A program made the position numbers and the translations under genes. Of a stretch of 64,000 bases of DNA, positions 22,660-34,079 are shown piece by piece (position 1 is the stretch's first letter; each line of letters starts with the position of its first letter). The DNA lies in NCBI GenBank assembly GCA_963847445.1, contig CAWJZV010000030.1:480001-544000 (forward strand), written 5' to 3'. The notes under the pieces are model-generated. The model ran no database searches and was not told the origin of the DNA. It saw only the letters and a list, made by a program, of their open reading frames with translations. Source of the DNA: an uncultured delta proteobacterium (GTDB taxonomy: Bacteria; Desulfobacterota; Binatia; UBA9968).

Positions 22660-25061
22660 TTACGGCTGTGCGCCGACGGAGAAGCCGAGCACTGCGGTCT
22701 CGTCAACAGATTTCTTGATGATGGCAAAACCGAGATCAACGCGCAAAGGACCAAAAGGAGACATCCAGCGGCCACCGACGCCAACCGAACTTCGCAGATC
22801 GCTGAAGTTAAACGAGTTGAAAGAATTGCCCGCATCAAAAAACGCCACACCCCGCAACCCGTATTGCTCCATGACTGGGAATGCGATCTCGGCGTTGAAC
22901 ACCGCTGCTCGGTCGCCGCCGACCACCTCAGTACCGGTACATTTGGTTACGCCATTCGTGGTCGTGCAACCGGAAGGCTCACGCGGCCCCATACTTCTAT
23001 CCTCGAACCCACGCACCGAATTGATGCCGCCGAGGAAATAACGCTCAAACAAAGGCAAATCATTGCCGCCGCTGTTGCCAGCAAAGCCGACACCGTAACC
23101 GAGCTGTCCGCCAAGTCCTAAGACGTAGGAGCCGCCCCAGTTCGGATCCTTAAACAACTGGTAATACCAACGGGCAGTCAAATCGGTTTTCAGAAAGCGA
23201 CTATCCCCACCCAGGCCTGCCATCGTCTGCGATAAACCTACTTTAGCGCCCGATGACGGTGCAAAAAAATGATCGCGGCTATCATAGGTTAGCCCCGGCG
23301 TTACGCTACTGGTCAGAGTGACTCCCCTGTTCATCCTTAATCGATGAAGACGCGGTCGCCGACACCTGCGTAATATCATCTCGGGTGAAGGCATAAGACA
23401 AGCCACCGCGCATGAAATCCCAAAAGGTAACTTGCTGGGTTGGACTAGCGTCGGATCCCAACGCCGCGGCATTAGCTGAGCTTTTGAAGAATGGCCAGGA
23501 AAAATCCTTGAGTGGGTAACTGCTATTGACGCCGAAACCCATCTTCTTTTCGTCGAAATCGTCATACTCGCGAGTAGTGTTAAACGCGTCCAGCCCCAGC
23601 GATACTTTAGAATCCAGGAAATAGGGGTCAGTCACGTTGAGGATGTAATCTTGCCGGCTCGTGCCAAGGCTAAAATTGCCGCTCATCGATTGGCCCCGCC
23701 CCATGAAGTTCTTTTCCGAAACATTGGCATTGAAAAGAAACCCATCACCGCTGCTGTACCCGGCGCCGACCTGGAAGGTCCCCGTCGGCCCTTCCTTGAC
23801 ATCGACCACGAGATCCAGCGCATCCGGCTGGTCGGTCTTTTTCGTGTTTAGCTGGACATCTTCAAAATAGCCGGTGCGCTGCAGGGCATTGCGGCTTTGG
23901 GTCACTTTGACGCCGGAATAAAGCTCTTGTTCGTTGACCAGCAATTCGCGGCGCACGACTTTGTCGCGTGTCTTGGTGTTTCCCGCGACCAGCACCCGGT
24001 TGAAATATACCGGCGGCCCCTTGGCGATCACCAGGGCGACATCGACGACCTTCTTCGCTTGGTTGACCTGGGTTATCGGATCGACCTGCACGAACGCGAA
24101 TCCCTTGTTCGCATAGCGTCTCGTTTAGCGCGGTGATATCTTCACGCAAGCGGCTGCCGCGAAAGATTTGTCCGGTGGTAAGCTTAACCGACTTGAGCAT
24201 TTTCTGACCGTCGTCGATCAAGTCCCCACCGATCTCCACTTTGCCGACGCGATATTGCGCGCCTTCATTGACCCGGAAGATCACTTCGAGACCGTCGCGC
24301 GCCCTAACGATGACCGGTTCGTCTATTTTGTTATCAACGTAACCATTGTCGTTGAAATGATTCGACAGAATCGCCACGTCATTGGCTAACATATCGCGAT
24401 CGAGCACGCCGCGGTTGGTGAAATAAGAAAAAATCCACTCCTCTTTCGTACCCAGCAAATCCTTGAGTTCACCTTCGGAGAACGCTCGATTGCCTTCAAA
24501 CGAAATGCGCTTGATCAGCAACCGATTCCCTTCGTTGATATCGAGCACCACCGAGACTTGATTGTTCGCTTCCGCCGACACCGCGAAGTCCACCGCGGCA
24601 TTCACATAGCCCTGATCGGTGTAGAGCTTACGGACTTTGTCGACACCTTCCGATACTTTATTGCGGTCCAAGATCGTTCTCGGGGCCACCCCCAGAGCGG
24701 TCTCGATTTTGTCGCGCGACACCTGCGACTGGCCTTGGATGCGGACTTCCCGGATATAGGGTTTTTCTTTAACCGCGTAAGTCAGGACATTGTCCGGCGA
24801 CAACTCGGCCTGCACATCGTCGAAGAAACCCATGCGAAAAATCGCTTTGACGTCTTGTTCGATGGCGGCAGCGTTGAATGAATCGCCCGGCCGGCTCTTG
24901 ACGTGCAAACGGATGCCGTCCTCCTCGACCCGGACATTGCCACCGATGCGCACGTCTTTGAGCCGAGTCCCCTCTTGAGCGAAACCGGCACTGACGCCCA
25001 ATCCAGCGACGGCGACCGATAGAAAAATAAAAAAGCTGCTGAGAAATTTGCTGGGCTTCAT
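22660..25061 (-). CDS. bamA: Outer membrane protein assembly factor, split by two indels
   Basis: POTRA repeats, GNTKTRDKVVRRE, VKEGPTG, ERYFLGG..SVRGF, W.SPFGPLR. Confidence 0.95.
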
Positions 25062-25154
25062 GGATGGCTTCGGTCAAATCGCTCTCCAAAGTTGCCAACG
25101 ATTCCAATTTATTAGCAAATCGAACCATTTTTGTAAAGGATTCGGGGCCTAAAA

Positions 25155-25833
25155 CTAACCTGCGAACAACTGACCGTCGCGCAGTTCGATGCGCCGGCCG
25201 ATTCTATTGGCGAACTCATGGTTATGGGTGGCGACGATCAGGGCGATTTTCTTTTCCTGATTGAGCTGAAATAACAGCTCTTGCACTTCTTCGCCAATGC
25301 GCAGATCCAACGACCCCGTGGGTTCGTCGGCGAGCACCAAACTGGGCTGCAGAATCACCGCCCTGGCGACCGCGACCCGTTGCTGCTCACCGCCGGAAAG
25401 CTTGCCCGGCCGATGGCTCATGCGGTCTTTTAGTCCGACACTTTCCAGCAAGCGTTCGCCTTCGCTGCGCGCCTGTTGCGCATCCATCCCTTGAATCAGA
25501 GCCGGAAACATGACGTTTTCAATGGCCGAGAAATCCGGCAACAAATAGTGAAATTGAAAAACGAAACCGATCTGGCGATTACGAAACTGGCACAGCGAAG
25601 TCTCATCGTTCAACGGCAGCTCTTTGCCGCGGAAAAGAATCTGCCCCGAGGTCGGCCGGTCGAGAGTACCGAGGATATGCAGCAACGTGCTCTTGCCGAC
25701 CCCCGACTGTCCGACAACCGCGACGCGCTCGCCTTCGGCCAAATGCGAAATTGGCGCCGCGCAAGACATGAATCTCGGTGGCGCCCTCGGTGAACGACTT
25801 GCGCAAATCGCGCACGGCAAGCAGTTCACTCAT
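25155..25833 (-). CDS. lolD: Lipoprotein-releasing ABC transporter ATPase, one indel
   Basis: [42 protein letters not shown]. Confidence 0.9.
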
Positions 25834-27073
25834 AACGAATGATTTCCACGGGGTCGAGCTTGGCCGCCTGGCGCGCTGGATAGAGGCTCGCCAACAAACA
25901 AACGACAAACGACGCCAGAGCCACCAGGAGAAAGTTGCTCCAATAAATTCGTACCGGCACCGTTTGAATCAGGAAGACGCCGTCCGGCAATTGAAATTCA
26001 TACTTGGAAATCAGGATACAGACCAAAAAACCCAAGACCACGCCGAGAATCGTTCCCACCACACCGATCAAACAGCCCTTCAGTAAAAATATCATACGGA
26101 TGCTCTTTTGGGTCGCGCCCATGGAACGGAGGATGGCAATATCCTTGCGCTTCTCCATGACCACCATGACCAGGGTCGAGACGATATTGAAAGCGCCGAT
26201 CAAAACCATCAGCAGCAAGACCAGAAAATAAACGGTCTTTTCCAATTTCAGCGCGGAAAACAGATTGGGCCACAAGCGGGTCCAATCCTCGGCGAAATAG
26301 GGGAATCCCAGCTGCCGCTGAATCCGGTCAGCGATTTCTCGCGAGCGGCTGACGTCTTGAACGCGCATCTCAATATTGGTCACGCTATCGCCCAGTTCAA
26401 AAAACTTCTGGGCATCGGTGAGACTCATAAAAATCAAGGTCGAATCGATCTCGCTCATGCCGCTCTTGAGAATGCCGCTGACGACAAAACGGCGCACTTT
26501 GGGAATAACCCCGATGGCGGTGGGACTGCCCAACGGCGACACCACCTGCACCGCGCTGCCGCGAAAGACACCCAACTGATTGGCGAGCCGTTCGCCGAGA
26601 ATAATCCCCGGCAAACTTACGGTGCGCTCATCGACCTGGATCGGGTGCTGGCGCTTGAGACCGTCAAGGCTGCCCTCGCGCATGAAACTTTGGAGATTCA
26701 CCACGCCATTGACGCGATCGGGATCGACGCCGCGAACCACCACGCCGGTAACGCGCGGCCCCGCGGTCAGCATCACCTGGCCGTAAATCGTCGGTGACGC
26801 CGCCACGACACCCGGCACCTTACTCATTTGCTGCGCCAGTTTATCATAATCCCTCATCGGCTCGCCGGAGCGAACCAAGGCGATATGCGCGTTGATGCCG
26901 AGCAAGCGGTCGCGCAGGGTTTCTTCGAAGCCGGTCATCACCGACATGACGACGTTCAACGTCATGACGCCGATCATGACGCCGCAGATCGAGATCAGGG
27001 TGATCAGCGAGATAAACGTTTCGCGCCGGCGCGCCTGCAAATAACGCAGGCCGATAAAAAATTCGTAGCGCAT
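25826..27073 (-). CDS. lolE: Lipoprotein-releasing ABC transporter permease LolC/E
   Basis: FIGLRYL, VMSVMTGFE, EKRKDIAILRSMGA, YPARQAAKLDP. Confidence 0.9.
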   Translation of the reverse strand: MRYEFFIGLRYLQARRRETFISLITLISICGVMIGVMTLNVVMSVMTGFEETLRDRLLGINAHIALVRSGEPMRDYDKLAQQMSKVPGVVAASPTIYGQVMLTAGPRVTGVVVRGVDPDRVNGVVNLQSFMREGSLDGLKRQHPIQVDERTVSLPGIILGERLANQLGVFRGSAVQVVSPLGSPTAIGVIPKVRRFVVSGILKSGMSEIDSTLIFMSLTDAQKFFELGDSVTNIEMRVQDVSRSREIADRIQRQLGFPYFAEDWTRLWPNLFSALKLEKTVYFLVLLLMVLIGAFNIVSTLVMVVMEKRKDIAILRSMGATQKSIRMIFLLKGCLIGVVGTILGVVLGFLVCILISKYEFQLPDGVFLIQTVPVRIYWSNFLLVALASFVVCLLASLYPARQAAKLDPVEIIRYE

Positions 27074-27093
27074 CGGGTGGATTGACGTGAAGA

Positions 27094-28600
27094 TTAACGG
27101 TGCGGGCGCAATAGCGGGAAAAGGATAACATCTCGGATGGACGGAGAGTCGGTGAAGAACATCACTAAGCGGTCGATGCCGATACCTTCGCCGGCGGCCG
27201 GCGGCATGCCATACTCAAGCGCGCGAACATAATCATCGTCGATGGGATTGGCTTCCTCGTCACCGGCGGCGCGGGCTTGCATCTGTTCGAGGAAGCGTTG
27301 CCGCTGATCGGCAGGGTCGTTAAGTTCCGAGAATGCGTTAGCGAGCTCCCGGCCACCAATGTAAAGCTCGAAACGATCGACCATGGCCGGGTCGTAATCG
27401 TTTTTGCGCGCCAGCGGCGAGACTTCGACGGGGAAGCCGGTCAAAAACGTCGGCTGAATCAATTTCGTTTCGGCGACTTCTTCAAATACCGCCACCAACA
27501 GCTTGCCGTAAGGCACATCGAGATCGATCTTCAAACCGCGCTCTCTGGCGAAGGCTTGCAAACCCGCCAAGCTCGCCACGTCTTTCTCTTCGGCGCCGCC
27601 ATGAAGCAACACCGCTTCGCGGATGGTTAAACGCCGCCAAGGCCGGGTCAGGTCGATGGCGGCGCCGTTATACGCCAGCTGCAAACCGCCGGCGAGATCT
27701 TCAGCGATGGCGACAAACAACTCCTCGGTCAATTGGATAAGATCCTCGAAGGTCGCGTAGGCTTGATAGAACTCAACCATGGTGAATTCCGGATTATGCC
27801 GCACCGAGATCCCTTCGTTGCGAAAATTCCGGTTCAGTTCGAAGACCCGCTCAAAGCCGCCGACCAGCAGCCGCTTGAGAAACAGCTCCGGCGCGACCCG
27901 GAGATACAACTCCAAATCGAGAGCGTTGTGATGGGTCGTAAACGGCTTCGCCGCGGCGCCGCCGGGAATCGACTGCATCATCGGCGTCTCGACTTCGAGA
28001 AAGTCGCGCTCTTCGAAAAACCGCCGCACCAAGCGGACGATGCGCGAGCGTTTTTCGAACACCTCACGGACCTCAGGGTTGACCATGAGATCGACGTAAC
28101 GCTGGCGGTAACGCGCCTCGACATCGGCCAGACCATGCCACTTCTCCGGCAGCGGCCGCAGACACTTGGTGAGCAGCCGCAAGCCAGCGGCCTCGACAGT
28201 CAGCTCATTGGTCTTGGTGCGAAACAGATGGCCCGACACACCGACCAGATCGCCGATATCGAAGCTCTGAAACAAGCCGTAGGCATCATCGCCGAGCTTA
28301 TCTTTACGCGCGTAGACTTGCAGCCGGCCGCGCCGGTCTTGGATATGAAAGAAGGACGCCTTGCCCATGCGCCGGATCGCCATGATCCGGCCGGCCACGA
28401 CGATCTGCGCCGGATTGGCATGCAGCTCTTCGTCGCTCGAACTACCGGCTGCGGCAAAGACAGCGGCCAGCGAATGAGTCGGCTTGAAATCGTTGGGGTA
28501 AACGATTTGGCCGGCATCGCGGAGCTTGGCGAGCTTTTGCTTGCGGACTTCGACCTGCTCGTTTTCTTCTGCGACGACCAGAGGTTGCGTTATCAGACAT
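27094..28600 (-). CDS. lysS: Lysine--tRNA ligase (class II), indels in the 5' part
   Basis: RYRQRYVDL, GGAAAKPFTTHHN, RNEGIS.RHNPEFT, GIGIDRL. Confidence 0.97.
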
Positions 28601-28664
28601 GATGCTTTCGCTGACCGGCGGCGCCGGCGGAAGAATATCTAAAAATTGCCCGCAGGAGAAAAAA

Positions 28665-29528
28665 TTAAAGACCGAGATTGCGATGAATCGCCAGCACCGA
28701 ATAGGACTTATTCAACGTGTAAAAATGCAACCCAGGCACGCCAAACTTAATCAATTCCTCGCACTGCCGGGTGGCATAATCGATGCCCAGTTCAACCGCG
28801 CCGTCGTCATCGTTCTCGACTTTCCCCAGTTCTGTCTCCAGATTCGCTGGGATCTTCGAACCGCAAAGCGCTGTGAAACGGCGCACCTGCGGCGCCGATA
28901 GGAGCGGTAAAACCCCGGGAATGATCGGCGCGGTGACGCCAAGCTTGCGCAGATCGTCGCTGAAGCGGTAAAAATACTGATTATCGAAAAAAAGTTGGGT
29001 GATGATCGCATCGGCACCGGCATCGACTTTCTCTTTTAGGAAACGCAAATCAGCTTCCCGGCTCACCGCCCGGGGATGGACTTCCGGAAAGCCCGCCACC
29101 GCCACAGAAAAAGACCGCATCGCTACCGCCTCGCGAACCAATTCGATGGCGTGATGGAATCCGTCCGGATGCGGCTGCCAGTCGGTCATGCCCTGGGGTG
29201 GATCGCCGCCCAGAGCGAGAATATTTTCAATACCATGTTCTTTGAGTTTTCTCAGCACGGCGCGCGCATCGTCCTTAGACTGTCCGACCACGGTTAGGTG
29301 ACACATGACATCGAAACCGCAACCGGAATGAATCGTCTCCACGATATCGACGGTTTTTTCGCGCGTGCTTCCGCCCGCCCCGTACGTAACAGAACAGAAG
29401 GCGGGGTTTATCCTCTTGATCAGCTCGATTTCGCTGAAGAGGTTTTCCTCGCCTTTTTCTGTCTTTGGAGGAAAGAACTCAACCGATAGGGTCAAGCTAG
29501 GCTGGCTGTAAAGCTCGGCTAATCTCAC
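28665..29528 (-). CDS. metF: Methylenetetrahydrofolate reductase
   Basis: SVEFFPPK, SVTYGAGG, ILALGGDPP, TQLFFD, HFYTLN. Confidence 0.95.
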   Translation of the reverse strand: MRLAELYSQPSLTLSVEFFPPKTEKGEENLFSEIELIKRINPAFCSVTYGAGGSTREKTVDIVETIHSGCGFDVMCHLTVVGQSKDDARAVLRKLKEHGIENILALGGDPPQGMTDWQPHPDGFHHAIELVREAVAMRSFSVAVAGFPEVHPRAVSREADLRFLKEKVDAGADAIITQLFFDNQYFYRFSDDLRKLGVTAPIIPGVLPLLSAPQVRRFTALCGSKIPANLETELGKVENDDDGAVELGIDYATRQCEELIKFGVPGLHFYTLNKSYSVLAIHRNLGL

Positions 29529-29629
29529 ACAAGTCCTAGATGACTACCTGGCGCTCACTACTATTAGTAGCACAATGGTTCTGGCGTCGACAAATGTACA
29601 GCGAGAGAAAATGCAAAAATCTTCCAGGG

Positions 29630-30035
29630 TTACACGGTTTTGACCCGTTCGCGGGCGGCGATTGGGTCGCACCCCGAATCACTTTCCGGAGTGATTAGCC
29701 GACGCAGCGCATCGGTGTGATCGAGCCAAAGTTGCTTGATGTCGTCCGGCAGGCCATGGGCCTCGATGGTCTCCTCGCAAGATCTGCCGCCTTCTGGCGA
29801 AGTGGCCGCCCATGATCGGATGCTTGGCATGGACCTGGTCAAGCGGACGGCCGTGATATTCCACTGGCGCACCGAGAAAACCGGCGGCGAGTTGGTACTC
29901 CATTTCTTTAATGCGCGCCTTGTCGGCGTTGCGAAAGAAAAAACCGATCATGCGATCGGCGAACACGCGGTCGACGAAGGTATCGATGACGGCGCGAAGT
30001 TTGACTTCGCCGCCTAATTGCTCAAATGGCGTCAT
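29630..30035 (-). CDS. Group I truncated haemoglobin, one indel
   Basis: FEQLGG...VIDTFVDRV..D..IGFFF, LG.PVEYHGRPL..VH. Confidence 0.8.
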
Positions 30036-30100
30036 GGTCGTGGAAATCTTGAATTGGCTCCGAAGTCAATTCACAGGCCATCCCGAGCCGCGCGAAAATG

Positions 30101-30421
30101 CTACATCATTCCCAACTGCAGCCGCGCAGCTTCGGACATTTTGCTTTGCTCCCAAGGCGGATCCCAGACCAGATCGATGGAGACATCGCTGACGCCCGAA
30201 ATCGTTCGCACCTTTGCTTCGATTTCCGCCGGCATCGACTGCACCGCCGGACAATGCGGCGAGGTCAGCGTCATGCGAATCGCCACCGCCCCTTCGCCGC
30301 TGACCTCGACCAGGTAGATCAAACCGAGCTCGTAGACATTCACCGGGATCTCCGGGTCGAAGATGGTGCGCAGCGCCTCGATGACTTCAGCTTCGATAAT
30401 CGTTTGATTGATGCTTTCCAT
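30101..30421 (-). CDS. DUF59/MIP18 family Fe-S assembly protein
   Basis: DPEIPVNVYELGLIY, MTLTSPHCP, VWDPPW...MSE.ARL.LG. Confidence 0.9.
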   Translation of the reverse strand: MESINQTIIEAEVIEALRTIFDPEIPVNVYELGLIYLVEVSGEGAVAIRMTLTSPHCPAVQSMPAEIEAKVRTISGVSDVSIDLVWDPPWEQSKMSEAARLQLGMM

Positions 30422-30434
30422 TTTTATCACTTGG

Positions 30435-30983
30435 CTATTCAATACCGAGTTGATGTTTGGCTTCCACAGACATGCGGCTCTGGTTCCACTGCGGCTCCCA
30501 GACCAGTTCGACTGCCGCCTCGCGCACATCCGTCACTTCGAGCAACTTGCGCTTGATATCGGCTTTGAGAAACTCGCCCATGCCACATCCCTGGGCGGTC
30601 AAAGTAAAATGGATCGTGGCTTTGTGGCCGCCGCTGGGCAGCGCCTCGACCTGGCAGTCATAGATCAATCCCAAGTCGACGATATTGACCGGGATTTCCG
30701 GATCGAAACAAGAGCGCAATTGCTCCCAGACGCGATCCTGCACCGAACCCGAAGCTGCCGGCGTTTCAACCCTTGGCGACGGCCCCTCTGACAAGCCCAG
30801 AGCGTCGCCGTCGCGGCCATCGACGCGCACCGTATAACCGTGATCGGTCATCACGGTGTAGCCGCCGCCCAGCGCCTGGGTGAGCCAGACCTTGCCGCCG
30901 GCGCGAAGCGACAGCGGTTCGCCGCTTGGCACCATCACCGCCGCACAGTCCCGTTTAAGAATAATCGGTTGGTCAGTTGTCAT
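30435..30983 (-). CDS. sufT: Fe-S cluster assembly protein SufT
   Basis: TQALGG.YTV...RVDGRDGDALG N-terminal domain plus DUF59 (DPEIPVNIVDLGL, TLTAQGCGMG). Confidence 0.9.
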   Translation of the reverse strand: MTTDQPIILKRDCAAVMVPSGEPLSLRAGGKVWLTQALGGGYTVMTDHGYTVRVDGRDGDALGLSEGPSPRVETPAASGSVQDRVWEQLRSCFDPEIPVNIVDLGLIYDCQVEALPSGGHKATIHFTLTAQGCGMGEFLKADIKRKLLEVTDVREAAVELVWEPQWNQSRMSVEAKHQLGIE

Positions 30984-31014
30984 GATCGCGGTCTCATTTC
31001 GTTATGGGTTCAAT

Positions 31015-31467
31015 TCATTCGGTCTTGGCCGGCTGATTTTCGCCTTTGAGCGCCGAGTGCACGGTGTGCCAGGCCAGACTTGCGCATTTCACCCGCGCGG
31101 GAAATTTGCACACACCGGAGAGCACCGCGAGCTTGCCCAACCGCTCGGCGCCGCTTGCGCCCTCCGGCTCGCCGGTCAACATGTGATGCACATTGTCAAA
31201 AAGTTCGTAGGCCGCGCTTTCGGGTTTACCCTTGAGCTCGGTGGTCATCATCGATGCCGAAGCTTTCGAGATGGCGCAGCCCGAACCTTGAAAGCTGATA
31301 TCTTTGATCACACCCTCTTCCACCTGGAGAAACACCGTGACGTGATCGCCGCACAGCGGATTATAACCCTCTGCTTGGCGATTGGCCGCGGCCATGACGC
31401 GAAAGTTCCGCGGACTCTTGTTATGGTCGAGGATGACTTCTTGATAGAGATCGTCGAGTTCCGACAT
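31015..31467 (-). CDS. sufU: SUF-type NifU-like sulfur transfer protein
   Basis: LYQEVILDH..PRN, NPLCGD, GCAISKAS, RVKCA. Confidence 0.95.
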   Translation of the reverse strand: MSELDDLYQEVILDHNKSPRNFRVMAAANRQAEGYNPLCGDHVTVFLQVEEGVIKDISFQGSGCAISKASASMMTTELKGKPESAAYELFDNVHHMLTGEPEGASGAERLGKLAVLSGVCKFPARVKCASLAWHTVHSALKGENQPAKTE

Positions 31468-32729
31468 TAGCCAAACACCTTCAAGACGCGCTCGATGGCG
31501 CGCACCAGCACGTCAATTTCTTCGATGGTATTGTAGAATGCAAAGGACGCCCGCACCGTCGCCGGCACGCCGAAACGCTGCATCACCGGCATGGCGCAAT
31601 GGTGCCCCGCGCGCACCGCGACGCCTTCCTGATCGAGGATGGTGCCGACGTCATGGGCATGCACCTGGTCGAAAACAAATGACAACACCCCGGCCTTTTC
31701 CTTCGCCGTGCCGATAATGCGCAGCGCGGGGATTTCTCCCAACGCCTCGGTGGCGTAGCGAAGTAATTCGTCCTCATGGGCGACAACCGCCGGCCAATCG
31801 AGGGCGCGCAAATAGTCCACCGCCGCGCCCAATGCGATGCCATCGGCAATATTGGGCGTGCCCGCTTCAAACTTGTACGGCAGGACGTTGTAATGAGTTT
31901 TTTCAAAAGTCACGAGACTGATCATGTCGCCGCCGCCCTGATAGGGCGGCATTTTTTCCAGCAACTCGGCGCGGCCGTACAACACCCCTACCCCCGTCGG
32001 CCCAAACATCTTGTGACCCGAGAAGGCGTAAAAATCGCAGTCGAGTTCCTGCACGTCAATTTTTAAGTGCGGCACCGCCTGGGCGCCGTCGAGCAGCACC
32101 GGCACGCCGCGGCCATGCGCCAGGGCGATAATCTCTCTGACTGGCACCACGGTGCCGAGGGCATTGGAGACATGGGTCACCGAGACGAACTTGGTTCGGT
32201 CATTGAGCAGGCGCTGATATTCTTCCATGACAATCTCGCCGTCATGGTTGATCGGAATCACCCGCAGCTTGGCGCCCACCTGCTCGCACAACATTTGCCA
32301 GGGCACGATGTTGGAGTGATGCTCCATGGCCGAGACGATGATTTCGTCGCCGGCTTTTAAGAACGCCCGGCCGTAACTCTGCGTCACCAGGTTGATCGCC
32401 TCGGTGGTGCCGCGCACGAAGATAATCTCCCGATCCGAACCGGCGTTGATAAAACCGCGCAGCTTGCCGCGCGCCGCTTCATAGGCCGCCGTGGCGCGCT
32501 CGCTCAAGTGGTGCACGCCGCGGTGGATATTGGAATTCTCCGCCCGATAGTAGTGGTCGATGGCGTCGATGACGCACTGCGGCTTTTGACTCGTGGCGCC
32601 GTTGTCGAAATAGACCAGCGGTTTGCCATGGATTTTCTGACTTAGGATCGGAAAGTCCTGGCGCAACCGGGCGACGTCAAACTTCTCTGACGCCAAGATC
32701 CCAGCGGATTTCTGCGACAACGCCTTCAT
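31467..32729 (-). CDS. sufS: Cysteine desulfurase
   Basis: YFDNGATSQKP, FSGHKM.GPTG, FEAGTP, RAGHHCA.P. Confidence 0.97.
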   Translation of the reverse strand: MKALSQKSAGILASEKFDVARLRQDFPILSQKIHGKPLVYFDNGATSQKPQCVIDAIDHYYRAENSNIHRGVHHLSERATAAYEAARGKLRGFINAGSDREIIFVRGTTEAINLVTQSYGRAFLKAGDEIIVSAMEHHSNIVPWQMLCEQVGAKLRVIPINHDGEIVMEEYQRLLNDRTKFVSVTHVSNALGTVVPVREIIALAHGRGVPVLLDGAQAVPHLKIDVQELDCDFYAFSGHKMFGPTGVGVLYGRAELLEKMPPYQGGGDMISLVTFEKTHYNVLPYKFEAGTPNIADGIALGAAVDYLRALDWPAVVAHEDELLRYATEALGEIPALRIIGTAKEKAGVLSFVFDQVHAHDVGTILDQEGVAVRAGHHCAMPVMQRFGVPATVRASFAFYNTIEEIDVLVRAIERVLKVFG

Positions 32730-32736
32730 AAAAATT

Positions 32737-34062
32737 TCACCACGCTCCGAATCGCCCGACCAGGTACTCGTCCAAACGCTGGCGCAAGTGTTCGATACCC
32801 AGCCGCCGCACCACGTCGCTGGCAAAGGCGAAGCTCAACAAACTGCGCGCCGCGGCCACGTCCAGGCCGCGCGAGCGCAGATAAAAAATCGCATCGGCAT
32901 CCAACTGGCCGATGGTCGAACCATGGCTGCATTTGACATCGTCGGCGTGAATCTCCAGCTGCGGTTTGCTGTCGATGACCGCGCTGTCCGACAATAATAA
33001 GTTCTTGTTGGTCTGGCGCGCGTCGGACTTCTGGGCATCTTTGTGGACGATGATCTTGCCGTTGAATACGCCATGGGCGGCGCCGCCGAGCACGCCCTTG
33101 TACAGTTCCAAGCTCGACGCCCGCGGACTGACATGCTCGATCAAAGTGTAGTTGTCGACATGCTGCTTGCCATCGGCGAGATAAAGGCCGTTGAGCACGC
33201 ACGCCGCCCCCGCGCCGTTCAACAGCACGCGGACATTGTTGCGCACCAGCGCGCCGCTCAAGGTCACCGCATGGGCGGTCAGATGACATCCCCGCGCCAA
33301 GCTCGCCGCCAGCGTGCCGACATGAAACCCCTGGTCGCTATCCTGCTGCAAACGGTAGTGCTCGATACTGGCGTCCTCAGCGCCGACCAATTCGGTGACG
33401 GCGTTGCAGAAATAAACCTTGCCGCTTTCGCCTAAATAACTCTCGACGATCTTCGCCTCGCTGCCGGCGCCGAGCAAAAGCAAAATCCGCGGCTGGGAAA
33501 TCACCGGCAGGGCCCCGGAGGTAGAAACGAATAATAAATAAATCGGCCGCTCAAGACGGCACCCCGGCGCCAACGAAACCACCGCGCCATCGCCGAGAAA
33601 AGCGCTGTTGAGCGCGACAAAATGTTGCTGCTCTGCGCGCGCCAGTTGCCCGAGCTGCGCGGCCACGGCCGGGTCACCCTGATCGATGAATTCCGCCAGC
33701 GGCCCAAGCCGCAATCCCTGCGGCAGGCTTGAAATGTTGGACAGCGCCGCGCTGTAAATGCCATTGACGAATGTTAGCCGCGGCGCGTCGGTATCGATCA
33801 GCGCCCGGGAAAATACTTGGGCGCCGACAATCGATTTCGCTTCACCGTTGGCCTGGGCGAAGGACTGCGCCGCGATCGGCTCGACGTTGGTATACTTCCA
33901 GTCTTCGTGCTTGAGCGTCGGAAAGCCCATCGCGTCAAAGCTGGCGATCCCAGCGTGGCGCAGCTGTTCAAGCCACGCCGGTCCGGTTAACGCTCCGCCC
34001 GCGCGCAGCTGCTTGAAGGCGGCGATATAAGGTTCTTTGCTTTCAGCACTGAGCATGTTCAA
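32737..34062 (-). CDS. sufD: Fe-S cluster assembly protein SufD
   Basis: EDWKYT, GVFNGKI.V, PQLEIHADDVKCSHG, FYLRSRG. Confidence 0.95.
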   Translation of the reverse strand: MNMLSAESKEPYIAAFKQLRAGGALTGPAWLEQLRHAGIASFDAMGFPTLKHEDWKYTNVEPIAAQSFAQANGEAKSIVGAQVFSRALIDTDAPRLTFVNGIYSAALSNISSLPQGLRLGPLAEFIDQGDPAVAAQLGQLARAEQQHFVALNSAFLGDGAVVSLAPGCRLERPIYLLFVSTSGALPVISQPRILLLLGAGSEAKIVESYLGESGKVYFCNAVTELVGAEDASIEHYRLQQDSDQGFHVGTLAASLARGCHLTAHAVTLSGALVRNNVRVLLNGAGAACVLNGLYLADGKQHVDNYTLIEHVSPRASSLELYKGVLGGAAHGVFNGKIIVHKDAQKSDARQTNKNLLLSDSAVIDSKPQLEIHADDVKCSHGSTIGQLDADAIFYLRSRGLDVAAARSLLSFAFASDVVRRLGIEHLRQRLDEYLVGRFGAW

Positions 34063-34079
34063 CGTCGCTTTCGCGGATT

